Source: an uncultured Acidobacteriota bacterium (GTDB lineage: Bacteria; Acidobacteriota; Vicinamibacteria; Vicinamibacterales; CAVVIG01). Taken from it: a stretch of 64,000 nucleotides of DNA. Shown here piece by piece: positions 29,085 to 37,922 of this stretch. How positions within the stretch are numbered: the first letter of the stretch is position 1; each line of letters starts with the position of its first letter. The position numbers were made by a program, and so were the translations under genes. The notes below the pieces were generated by a model. The model was not told the DNA's origin. It worked only from the letters and a program-made list of their open reading frames with translations, and did no database searches. Location: positions 29,202-93,201 of the forward strand of contig CAWFFB010000020.1 of the NCBI GenBank assembly GCA_963814975.1. Reading direction: 5' to 3'.

Positions 29085-31199
29085 CTACACCTCAGGCTTG
29101 TGCAGCACGGGCTGAACGTCCGTCTTTTTCTTGGGCCCACCGAGTCCCTGAATCTTCAGCGTGGGCTGCTCCTTGAGCACGTGCTGGGCGTACAGCTTCG
29201 CCATCTCGGCGTTGTAGGCGGCTTCCTTCGCGAGATCCTCCGCCGACTTGTGCTTGCGCGCCGCCAGCTTTTCTTCGCGGGCGTTCTTCGCGATGCCGAG
29301 AGCGTCGAGGTCCGTCTGGGCGCCGGCGCGCACCGCTTCCTCGTTCAGCTTCAGCGAATGTGCCGTTGACGGCAGATCCACCGCCTTGCCGCCGGCGAAG
29401 ATCTCGTGGCGGCCGTGCTCGTCGTACCACTTGGTGAGCGTCGCCGTCATGTGCATCTTCTCGATGATGTTTCGCCACCCGATGCCGGTGTTGTAGGCGC
29501 AGAAGGAGATCTCGCCCTGCTGCGTGGCATAGGGGATGATGCACATTTCGGTGCGGCGGAAATCGTAGTTGAACAGATCCTGGAACCACATGCCGGCGAT
29601 GAAGAGGAAATTCCAGCGATCGGCCCGGCGCTTGGCAATGTCGTCGATCGTCCGATCTCCCTCGACCCTGCCGTATTTGCCCTTCTCGGCGGACTTGGTC
29701 GCGCCGAAGGTCTTGTCGAACTTCTTCAGCAGATCCGACAGCTTGAAATGCGTGGGCGACTTGAACGAGTCGTAGTTCCGGACGACCGCAAGCGCCATGC
29801 CCAGGACCGAGAGGAATCGGCCGCGGCCGGCGTCGCTGACCGCAGCCACGTCCTTGGCGAGCTGCTCGGCCTTCAGGAATGCGGTAACCGGCACCGCTTC
29901 CTTCGTTTCCTTGTCGATCATGATGGCCATGCCGACACCGCAGTTGGGGTGGCAGCCACAGGTCAGTTGTCCGAATTCCTTCTCGGCGCCGTGCGTCACG
30001 TCCGCCCAGTCGGTGAAGCTGCCCATGAAGGAAATCGGGAACCAGTCGCGGATCGGCTCGCCGATGCCGGTCTGGTTCTTCACGTCGTGCGCCAGGTGCG
30101 ACAGCGTATAGCGCTGCGCGGCCCGGCGCTCAGGCGTCACCTCCTCGTCCCGCCCCGTGAACGACACCGGCTGGAACGAGAGGAAGTTGATCTTCTTGGG
30201 GTTGTCGAGCGCGAACTCGATGATGCGCCCGACCTGCTCGTTGTTGACGCCGTTCACGATGGTGACGACCGGCACGATGTCGACGCCCGCGCTGTACAGG
30301 TTCTCGATGGCGCGAAGCTTGACGTCGAAGAGGTTGCCGACACGGCGGTGGGCGTTGGCGGCGTTTCCGATGCCGTCAAACTGCAGATACGCGTAGCGGA
30401 GTCCGGCTTCGGCAGCCGCCCGGGCGAAGTCCGGGCTCTTGGCGAATTCGATGCCGTTGGTCGCCGCCTGGACGCTGTTGTACCCGACCTTGCGCGCGTA
30501 TCTCACCGCGTCGAGAAAGTGCGGCGAAATCGTCGGCTCGCCTCCCGAGAACTGCACCGACATCTGCCGTCTGGGCTTGATGCTGATGGCGTTGTCCAGC
30601 ACCGTCTTGATGTCGTCCCAGGTGAGCTCGTGGACGAACCCGACCTGGTTCGCATCCATGAAACAGGGGTCGCACATCATGTTGCAACGGTTCGTCAGAT
30701 CGACCGTGAGCACCGATCCGCGGCCGTGCTTGATGGTGCTGCTGCCGTGGTTGTGCAGCTTCTCGTCGTTGTGCGCGCGGATGTCGCGTCCCGGGAACAC
30801 CTCTTCGAGATGCTTGAAGAAGGCCGGGTCGATCGCCATCACGTCCTCGAAATGACCGTGAATGGGGCAGTCCTTGACCATCAGGATCTTGCCGTCGCGC
30901 TCGAGAATCGTGGCTTTGATCTCGCCGACTTTCTCGTTCAACAGCACGCTGACGTCTTTCTTGCCGTCGAGAATCGCCTGCCGCGCCTCGCGCGTGCAGG
31001 TCGGGCAGAGCGAGTCGGTCTCGCGCGGCCAGCCGAGCGGTGGCTTCGTCTTCTGATATGACTTGAGCAGCGGCTTGTCGGACCATTTCGGTGTGAACGA
31101 GGGCCGCTGATTGATCTTGTTCAACCCGCTGAAGACGACCCAGGCGCCATTGGCGGCTACCGCTAGACCCTTTTCGACGTATTTGATAGGCGCGTGCAT
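29085..31199 (-). CDS. Radical SAM protein, tetraether synthase (Tes / MJ0619, GDGT-MAS) homologue
   Basis: SLCPTC...KDCPIHG rubredoxin-like site, DLTNRCNMMCDPCF, QFSGGEPT, ATNG, YLQFDG, FQPVSFTGR, CGCHPNC and CIIPYAT...FCAYN. ATG 31199 has a GGAGG RBS. Confidence 0.88.
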   Translation of the reverse strand: MHAPIKYVEKGLAVAANGAWVVFSGLNKINQRPSFTPKWSDKPLLKSYQKTKPPLGWPRETDSLCPTCTREARQAILDGKKDVSVLLNEKVGEIKATILERDGKILMVKDCPIHGHFEDVMAIDPAFFKHLEEVFPGRDIRAHNDEKLHNHGSSTIKHGRGSVLTVDLTNRCNMMCDPCFMDANQVGFVHELTWDDIKTVLDNAISIKPRRQMSVQFSGGEPTISPHFLDAVRYARKVGYNSVQAATNGIEFAKSPDFARAAAEAGLRYAYLQFDGIGNAANAHRRVGNLFDVKLRAIENLYSAGVDIVPVVTIVNGVNNEQVGRIIEFALDNPKKINFLSFQPVSFTGRDEEVTPERRAAQRYTLSHLAHDVKNQTGIGEPIRDWFPISFMGSFTDWADVTHGAEKEFGQLTCGCHPNCGVGMAIMIDKETKEAVPVTAFLKAEQLAKDVAAVSDAGRGRFLSVLGMALAVVRNYDSFKSPTHFKLSDLLKKFDKTFGATKSAEKGKYGRVEGDRTIDDIAKRRADRWNFLFIAGMWFQDLFNYDFRRTEMCIIPYATQQGEISFCAYNTGIGWRNIIEKMHMTATLTKWYDEHGRHEIFAGGKAVDLPSTAHSLKLNEEAVRAGAQTDLDALGIAKNAREEKLAARKHKSAEDLAKEAAYNAEMAKLYAQHVLKEQPTLKIQGLGGPKKKTDVQPVLHKPEV

Positions 31200-31563
31200 T
31201 CGTGTCGCCTCCTGTACAAGTGCGCCCGGGCGCGAAGCGCCCACGCGACTTTGACGCCAAATCATAGATGAGAAAAGAAATGCCGGGCACGATTTTCGGC
31301 CAACGGGCGATCGAGGCCGGTGAGCGGGCAGATACGAGGTTGGATGGCCCGCTCATCCGAGGGCGGCGCAACCCCGCGCCGGATCCGATCCCGATGGCGG
31401 CGGCACGCGATCGACATCCACCGGGTAAGGATCGACAAGCGCATGGAGCCCGCTGCGTCGGCGTGAGTGAAAGCCAAGCCTCGCGTCCCGATTGTGAACG
31501 CCCGGCGGCGCTGAGTGGCTGGTCATGCAGACGAATCTCCGTCGCGGACACTAGAATGGCTCA

Positions 31564-32568
31564 ATGTCGGTACGCGATCTGATCATCGTCGGCGCGGGGC
31601 CGTCGGGCCTCTCCGCCGCGATTGCCGCTAAGCGGCGCGGTCTGGATTACCAGGTTCTGGAGCAGGGCATCCTGGTCAACTCGATCCATCGATTTCCGCC
31701 CCAGATGGTCTTTTTCACGACACCGGAACTGCTGGAGGTGGGCGGTCTCCCCTTCGTGTCTCCCTACGAGAAGCCGACGCGGATCGAGGCGTTGCGCTAT
31801 TACCGGCGCGTGGTCGATACCTTCGATCTGCAGATCGCGTTCGGGGAGACAGTGCTCTCGATCCAGGCGGAAGAGGACCCGGAGAGCGGCGGGGGCGGCG
31901 CTGACCGCCGGGTGTTCGCGATCGAGACCGGGTCGGGCGGCGGTCGCCGGATCCGGCATGCGCGTACCGTCGTGCTCGCGATTGGCTACTTCGATCGGCC
32001 CAACCTGCTGAACGTGCCTGGCGAGGACCTCCCGCATGTTCATCATTTCTATGGTGAGCCGCATCCGTACTACCGGCGGCGCGCGATCGTGGTTGGCGGC
32101 GGCAACTCGGCGGCGGAATCGGCGCTCGACCTGTACCGCGCCGGCGCCGCGGTGACGCTCGTCCACCGCCGGGCGGAACTCAAATCCACGATCAAGTACT
32201 GGGTCCGGCCGGACATCGAGAACCGGATCAGGGAGGGGTCGATCGCCGCGCGGTTCAACTCATGCGTGACGGAAATCAAGGCGGCTGCGGTCGTGGTGAG
32301 GACGGAAACGGGCCTGGAGGAGCTGGCTGCGGACGAGGTGTTTCTGCTCGTCGGCTACCACGCGGACTGGGAGTTGATGGCCGCTGCCGGTGTCGCGATG
32401 AACGAGCGACGTGCGCCCGTCTTCGATCCATCGACCTTCGAGACCAACGTGTCCGGCCTCTTCGTGGCCGGCGGCGCGCTCGCCGGCATGGACACGGGCA
32501 ACATCTTCATCGAAAACGGCAGGTTTCACGGCGAAAAGATCGTCGAGGTGATCGGCGCCCGCCTGTGA
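31564..32568 (+). CDS. ypdA: YpdA-family flavin disulfide reductase (putative bacillithiol disulfide reductase)
   Basis: Motifs GAGPSG, FFTTPELLEVGG, KPTRIEALRYY, GGGNSA, WVRPDIENRI and FIENGRFHG; no CxxC. Confidence 0.88.
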   Translation: MSVRDLIIVGAGPSGLSAAIAAKRRGLDYQVLEQGILVNSIHRFPPQMVFFTTPELLEVGGLPFVSPYEKPTRIEALRYYRRVVDTFDLQIAFGETVLSIQAEEDPESGGGGADRRVFAIETGSGGGRRIRHARTVVLAIGYFDRPNLLNVPGEDLPHVHHFYGEPHPYYRRRAIVVGGGNSAAESALDLYRAGAAVTLVHRRAELKSTIKYWVRPDIENRIREGSIAARFNSCVTEIKAAAVVVRTETGLEELAADEVFLLVGYHADWELMAAAGVAMNERRAPVFDPSTFETNVSGLFVAGGALAGMDTGNIFIENGRFHGEKIVEVIGARL

Positions 32569-32574
32569 TCGGCG

Positions 32575-32636
32575 TATGACAATCTCAGGGCTGAGGTCTC
32601 AAGGCTGATCGCCCTTCAGGTTTCAGATTTTCCAGC
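32575..32636. repeat. Heptamer-periodic intergenic element
   Basis: ATCTCAG GGCTGAG GTCTCAA GGCTGAT ... CCTTCAG GTTTCAG between convergent genes. Confidence 0.55.
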
Positions 32637-32651
32637 GTGCCGTCGTTTCCT

Positions 32652-33284
32652 CTAGTGGGCGACGTTGGAGACCCCCGGCGTGCGGGCGATCATGATTTTC
32701 ATCTCGAGGAGTTCGACCAGCGCTTCGGCGCGTGTTCGCAGGCTGTCGTGTTCGAGCAGCGCCTGCTTTTCGAGCGGATCGAGGTCGAGATACTGGCCGA
32801 GCGCGTTGATCAGATCTTCGTCGGCCAGCGCCGCGGTGGTGTTCGGATCGGCGCCGGCTTTTTCGACGGCGGGCGCCAGCAGCGCTTCGAGCTTCGATCG
32901 CTGCCTGCTGATGGCGTCGCGATCTTCGGGCCGCAGCGGTGCCTGCGTCAACGACTCGACCTGGGCGCGACGGTAGCGCCGCGCGTGATCCTCCCGTACG
33001 ATGCGGACACGCTCGACGCCTCGCAAGACGATGTTGTAGCGGCCGTCGTCAAGGCGGTCCACGTGAGTGATGACGCCGCTGCACCCGATCGGATAGACCG
33101 GCGGCCGTCCCTCGTAACTTCCCTCCCATTTCGGCTGGAGCAGGACCATCGCAATCAACCGGTCGCTCTTCAGGGCGTCTGCGATCATCTCGCGATAGCG
33201 CGGCTCGAAGATGTGCAGCGGCAGAAATACGTTCGGGAAGAGCACAACGTTCGGGAGCGGGAACAGGGGCAGCAGGTCGGACAT
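32652..33284 (-). CDS. LON peptidase substrate-binding (N-terminal) domain protein
   Basis: Motifs LPLFPLPNVVLFP, LHIFEPRY and DGRYNIVLRG; no ATPase or protease domain. Confidence 0.92.
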   Translation of the reverse strand: MSDLLPLFPLPNVVLFPNVFLPLHIFEPRYREMIADALKSDRLIAMVLLQPKWEGSYEGRPPVYPIGCSGVITHVDRLDDGRYNIVLRGVERVRIVREDHARRYRRAQVESLTQAPLRPEDRDAISRQRSKLEALLAPAVEKAGADPNTTAALADEDLINALGQYLDLDPLEKQALLEHDSLRTRAEALVELLEMKIMIARTPGVSNVAH

Positions 33285-33367
33285 ATCTGCGATTTCGTGA
33301 CTTGGTGATCGACGACCTCTCAGTGGATTCGGGGATAGATTGGGATCACCAAATCGTCGATTGAAGA

Positions 33368-34651
33368 TCAGTGGATCGTCTTCGTCTTCTTGTCCATGTA
33401 GTCCATGAGCACGTATTGACCGAGCGTGTACGGCGTCGTGAAATAGGCCTTCCCCTTGCAGATCTCGGCGACGCGGCGCACGAAGCTGACCAGATCGTAA
33501 TCGCGCGCCAGCATGAACGTATTGATCATGATGCCGCTCTTGCGGCACGCGGCCACCTCGGCGCAGGTTTCAGCGACGATGAAGGGATCGAGGCCGAAGG
33601 CGTTCTTGTAAATCCGGCCATCGGGCTGGGTGAGCGCGGAGGGCTTGCCGTCGGTGATCATGATGATCTGCCGCATGTCCTTGCGCTGTCGATCGAGGAT
33701 ACGCCGCGCCAGCCGGAGTCCCTCGCGCGTGTTGGTGTAGTAGGGACCGACCCGGACGCGGCCGAGCTCGGCGAGCGGAATCTCTTCCGCCGAATCGTGG
33801 AAGAGCACCACCTTCAGCGCGTCGCCGGGGTACTGATGCTTGATCAGCTGCGCCAGCGCCAGCGCGACCCGTTTGGCGGGCGTAAAGCGATCCTCGCCGT
33901 ACAGAATCATGCTGTGGCTGCAGTCCAGCATCAGGACCGTCGCGCACGAGCTCTGATACTCGCCTTGGACGACCATCAGATCCTGATGGGTGACCCGAAT
34001 CCGGCTGGGAGCCGGCGGATCCGCGCCCGCCTCGCGCGCCTCGCGTGCCTCACGCTGTACCGCATTCAACAGCGTGCTTGCCGGATCGAGATTGAGCGTG
34101 TCTCCGAAGTGGTACGCCTTCGGGGCGCCGGTGGTCTCGATGCCTGTCGCCTGCTCGCGGGTGTCGTGGCGGCCGAAGCTGCTCTTGCCGAGTGAGCCCA
34201 GCAGGTCGCGCAGGGCGCGGTAACCAAGGAAATCGAGTGTCTTGTCGGTGACTTCGAAATGCACCGGCGGCTGTTCACGACCGTCGCCGCGGTTGCCGCG
34301 GTGCTCGCGCTCGGCGTCGAGGTCCGGCGGTGCGGTGATGTATCCCTGCTCGCCCATGCGCTCGATGATTTGCTGGATCAGCTCTTCGAGCTTCGATCGG
34401 GCGTCCGCCTGATCGCCGTCGGCGGGGTCGCCGAGCAGCTTCTCAATCGTTTCCTCCGGCAGCACCCCGCCGTTGAAGAGCGCGTCGAGGATCGCGTCGT
34501 GCAGCGCCTGCATGGTCCGCTCGTCGTCGTCCATCGCGTACGGGCTGCCGAACCCGCTCGACAGCAGCAGGTCGGACAGCTTCGCGACCAGATCTTCGAG
34601 ATCCAGCTCATCGAGCGCATCGCCGGTGAATCTGGTGTAGCGGTATTTCAT
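33368..34651 (-). CDS. VWA domain-containing protein
   Basis: MIDAS-like DCSHSM, plus YTNTREGL and MITDGKPS. Confidence 0.92.
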   Translation of the reverse strand: MKYRYTRFTGDALDELDLEDLVAKLSDLLLSSGFGSPYAMDDDERTMQALHDAILDALFNGGVLPEETIEKLLGDPADGDQADARSKLEELIQQIIERMGEQGYITAPPDLDAEREHRGNRGDGREQPPVHFEVTDKTLDFLGYRALRDLLGSLGKSSFGRHDTREQATGIETTGAPKAYHFGDTLNLDPASTLLNAVQREAREAREAGADPPAPSRIRVTHQDLMVVQGEYQSSCATVLMLDCSHSMILYGEDRFTPAKRVALALAQLIKHQYPGDALKVVLFHDSAEEIPLAELGRVRVGPYYTNTREGLRLARRILDRQRKDMRQIIMITDGKPSALTQPDGRIYKNAFGLDPFIVAETCAEVAACRKSGIMINTFMLARDYDLVSFVRRVAEICKGKAYFTTPYTLGQYVLMDYMDKKTKTIH

Positions 34652-34716
34652 GTCGAGTGCTCGACGGATCGATTCAGGCTGTCGACGTCAGCAGCCGAGA
34701 CCCTGAAGCCCATCAC

Positions 34717-36216
34717 CTAGTTGTAGTACTTCTTCTTGCCGCCAGGCAGCCGGATCTCTTCCTCGACCGTCTGGTCCTCGCGGCGCGAGGGGCGGCGCGC
34801 CGCAGGCTCGGTGCCGGCGGCGTAACCGCGTTCGTCGCTGCGGCTGATCTTCTTCTGCGCGTACAGGCCTTCGAGGATGAAATCAATCGCCGAGGCGACG
34901 GCCGGAGCGGGCGCGCCCGCGCCGATCCCGAGGTGTCTGAGCAATTCGGGGAGGCCCTGCAGACCCCGCGTCAAATTGATCACCTCGTCTGCCGACGTCA
35001 CGTCGCTCAGCGGGAGAGAGCCGCCCAGGTCGAACCATTCGACGACCGTCCGGGGGTCGACGCCGTCGAAGGTGCCGGTGAAGATGGCACCGACGGCTGA
35101 GCGGATGAGATCGCGGGCCACCTGCTCCGCGCCGCGCAGCTCCCCTTCGTACTCGAGCTCGAACTTGCCCGTGATGGACGGCAGCGCCGCGTACAGATCG
35201 GTCACGCGCGGCACGACGGCCTGCTCGCCAAGGGCCAGCGCGCGGCGTTCGGCGTTCGAGACCACGAGTTCCAGCGTCGTGATGGGCAGACGCTGGCTCA
35301 CGCCCGACCGCTTGTCGATCTTGCGGTCGGCGCGGGCCTGGAACGCCACCTCTTCGACGACCTCGCGGACGTAGGCCGGAATGTCAATCGGCGGCCCCCC
35401 GGCGCGCGCCGTCCACGCCTCTTGCGCCGTGATCGCGAGGGCGTGCTGCCGCGTGACCGGGTAGTGCGTCCGGATCTCCGATCCAATGCGGTCCTTGAGC
35501 GGCGTGATGATCTTGCCCCGCGCCGTGTAGTCCTCCGGATTCGCCGTGAACACCAGCATCACGTCGAGTCTCAATCGGATGGGATACCCCTTGATCTGGA
35601 CGTCCCCTTCCTGCAGGATGTTGAACAGTCCAACCTGAATCTTGCCAGCGAGATCGGGCAGCTCGTTGATCGCGAAGATGCCGCGATTCGCCCGTGGCAG
35701 CAGGCCGTAGTGCATCGTGAGCTCGTCAGCCAGGTTCAGGCCCGCCTGGGCGGCCTTGATCGGATCGATGTCGCCGACCATGTCGGCGATCGTCACGTCG
35801 GGCGTTGCCAGCTTCTCCACGAATCGGTCCTCGCGGCGCAGCCAGCCGATCGGCAACCGGTCGCCTTCCTTCGCAATCCGGCCGCGGCAGGCGCCGCAGA
35901 TCGGCGCCATCGGATCGTCGTGGATCTCGCAGCCCGGTACGATCGGGATCTGTTCATCGAGCAGATCGATCAGCCCGCGGAGGATGCGGCTCTTCGCCTG
36001 GCCGCGGAGACCGAGCAGGATGAAATTGTGCCGCGAGAGGATGGCGTTCACGAGCTGCGGGATGACGGTGTCGTCGTAACCGATGATGCCGGGGAACAGC
36101 GGCTCTCCCGACCGCAGCTTCCGAACGAGGTTGTCGCGAATTTCCTGCCTGACCGGTCGCGACCCGGCGCCGCGCTGCTTGCGCAGGTCGCCGAGCGTCT
36201 TGATGGGATCCGCCAT
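34717..36216 (-). CDS. Magnesium-chelatase-like AAA+ ATPase
   Basis: Walker A variant GLRGQAKSR; motifs [30 protein letters not shown] and GVSQRL. Confidence 0.92.
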   Translation of the reverse strand: MADPIKTLGDLRKQRGAGSRPVRQEIRDNLVRKLRSGEPLFPGIIGYDDTVIPQLVNAILSRHNFILLGLRGQAKSRILRGLIDLLDEQIPIVPGCEIHDDPMAPICGACRGRIAKEGDRLPIGWLRREDRFVEKLATPDVTIADMVGDIDPIKAAQAGLNLADELTMHYGLLPRANRGIFAINELPDLAGKIQVGLFNILQEGDVQIKGYPIRLRLDVMLVFTANPEDYTARGKIITPLKDRIGSEIRTHYPVTRQHALAITAQEAWTARAGGPPIDIPAYVREVVEEVAFQARADRKIDKRSGVSQRLPITTLELVVSNAERRALALGEQAVVPRVTDLYAALPSITGKFELEYEGELRGAEQVARDLIRSAVGAIFTGTFDGVDPRTVVEWFDLGGSLPLSDVTSADEVINLTRGLQGLPELLRHLGIGAGAPAPAVASAIDFILEGLYAQKKISRSDERGYAAGTEPAARRPSRREDQTVEEEIRLPGGKKKYYN

Positions 36217-36248
36217 AACGTCGATTCTATCAAGTTAGACTGACGCGT

Positions 36249-37052
36249 GTGGGGCATCCTTTCTTCGAGTCGAGGCGTCCGCTGGTCTTCGCCCACCGCG
36301 GCGGCGCCGCGCTCGCGCCGGAAAACACCCTCGCGGCGTTCGACCACGGCGTGGCGTCCGGTGCCGACGGCCTCGAGCTCGACGTCCGCCTCTCGCGCGA
36401 CGGAGTCGTGGTCGTGCACCACGATCGCACGCTGGAGCGGACGACGAACCTTCGCGGGACGGTGGCGAACGCCACCGCCGCCGAGCTCGCCCGGGCCGAC
36501 GCCGCGCATCATTTCACGCGTGGCGGTACCCGGCCGTTCCGTGGTCTGGGCTTTGGAGTGCCGACCCTGGCGTCCGTGCTCGCGCGGTACAAGGACCATC
36601 GTCTGATCGTCGAGATGAAGGAAGACAGCTCCGAGCTGGCGCGCGCCGTAGTCGAGACCATCCGGTGCGCGGACGCGATCGACCGCGTATGTCTCGGGTC
36701 GTTTGGCCTGCGCGCGCTGCGCGCGGCCCGCTCGCTGGATGCGGCTGTCGCGACCAGCGCCGCGCGCGAAGAGGTTCGCTGGGCGCTGTATCGATCCTGG
36801 TGCCGCTGGCCGGTGTCGCGCGTCGCCTATGCGGGCTATCAGGTTCCCGAAACCTCCGGGGTCACGCGTCTCGTCTCCCCTCGGTTCGTGGAGCATGCGC
36901 ACCGCTCGAACCTTGGGGTCCAGGTCTGGACCGTGAACGCCGAGCGTGACGCCCGCCGGCTGCTGGGCTGGGGTGTTGACGCGTTGATTACCGACAGACC
37001 TGACGTGATGGTGCCGCTGATCCGGCCGGGGGGCTCGAGACCTGAAACCTGA
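36249..37052 (+). CDS. Glycerophosphodiester phosphodiesterase
   Basis: Motifs FAHRGG, PENT, ELDVRLSRDG, VHHD, WTVN and ITDRPD. Confidence 0.94.
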   Translation: MGHPFFESRRPLVFAHRGGAALAPENTLAAFDHGVASGADGLELDVRLSRDGVVVVHHDRTLERTTNLRGTVANATAAELARADAAHHFTRGGTRPFRGLGFGVPTLASVLARYKDHRLIVEMKEDSSELARAVVETIRCADAIDRVCLGSFGLRALRAARSLDAAVATSAAREEVRWALYRSWCRWPVSRVAYAGYQVPETSGVTRLVSPRFVEHAHRSNLGVQVWTVNAERDARRLLGWGVDALITDRPDVMVPLIRPGGSRPET

Positions 37053-37102
37053 GATGTGAAGTCTGGACGAACCGTCTCAGACCGCAGACTTCAGCTTTCA
37101 GA
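37042..37102. repeat. Inverted heptamer-periodic element spanning the stops of two convergent genes
   Basis: CTGAAAC CTGAGAT GTGAAGT CTG versus CTCAGAC CGCAGAC TTCAGCT TTCAG. Confidence 0.75.
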
Positions 37103-37816
37103 TTTTCTGTCGCAAGCGGAGCCGAGCGCCCGGTTTGCCGCCCTGAACACGTCGTCTGCCATTCGAGCGGTCAACTTGCCGGTGTTGGTGTTCTGCCGGC
37201 TCGGGTGAAAGCATCCGATCAAGATGTGTCCGGTCGGCAGCCGATCGATCGATCCGTGCCCGAACCGCGGCCGCGGGCGCAGCGTGACGCCGCGCCGCTT
37301 GAACAGCTGAAGACACGCGTCGAAGCCGATCCGCCCGAGCGCGATGATCACGCGGACGCGGGGAAGGGCGTCGAGCTCGGCGTCGAGGTGGGCCAGGCAG
37401 GTGGCGATTTCCTCCGGGTTCGGCTTGTTGTCAGGCGGCGCGCACCGGACCGCGGCGGCGATGAACGCGTCGCCGAGCTTCAGGCCGTCGCCGGCGTGGT
37501 GGGAGGTGGGGAGATTCGCGAATCCGGCGCGATGAAGCGCGGCCATCAGGAAATCGCCCGACCCGCCGGCGCCGTCACCGGTGAAGACGCGCCCGGTCCG
37601 GTTGGCGCCGTGCGCCGCCGGCGCCAGTCCGACGATCAGCAGGCGCGCCCGCGGGTCGCCGAAGCCGGGCACCGGTCTCGCCCAGTAGGTTTCGTCGCGA
37701 AAGGCCCGGCGCTTTTCGCGGCCGATCCGCCGGCAATACTCGCGCAGCCGAGGGCATCGATCGCACGACACGATCTCGGCATGGACATCGCGCAGGGAGG
37801 GGAGGAATCGGGTCAT
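37091..37816 (-). CDS. Uracil-DNA glycosylase, family 5 (UdgB-like)
   Basis: Motifs CDRCPRL, GLAPAAHGANRTGRVFTGD, RCAPPDNKP and FHPSRQN. Confidence 0.93.
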   Translation of the reverse strand: MTRFLPSLRDVHAEIVSCDRCPRLREYCRRIGREKRRAFRDETYWARPVPGFGDPRARLLIVGLAPAAHGANRTGRVFTGDGAGGSGDFLMAALHRAGFANLPTSHHAGDGLKLGDAFIAAAVRCAPPDNKPNPEEIATCLAHLDAELDALPRVRVIIALGRIGFDACLQLFKRRGVTLRPRPRFGHGSIDRLPTGHILIGCFHPSRQNTNTGKLTARMADDVFRAANRALGSACDRKSES

Positions 37817-37922
37817 CTGATCTTCGAATCATCTCGTCATTGAGTGGCCGATTCAACTATCAATGATCCGCTGTCCAAACGCTCGTAATGACCCAAATGA
37901 CCCAGTGACCAGATGACGACCG

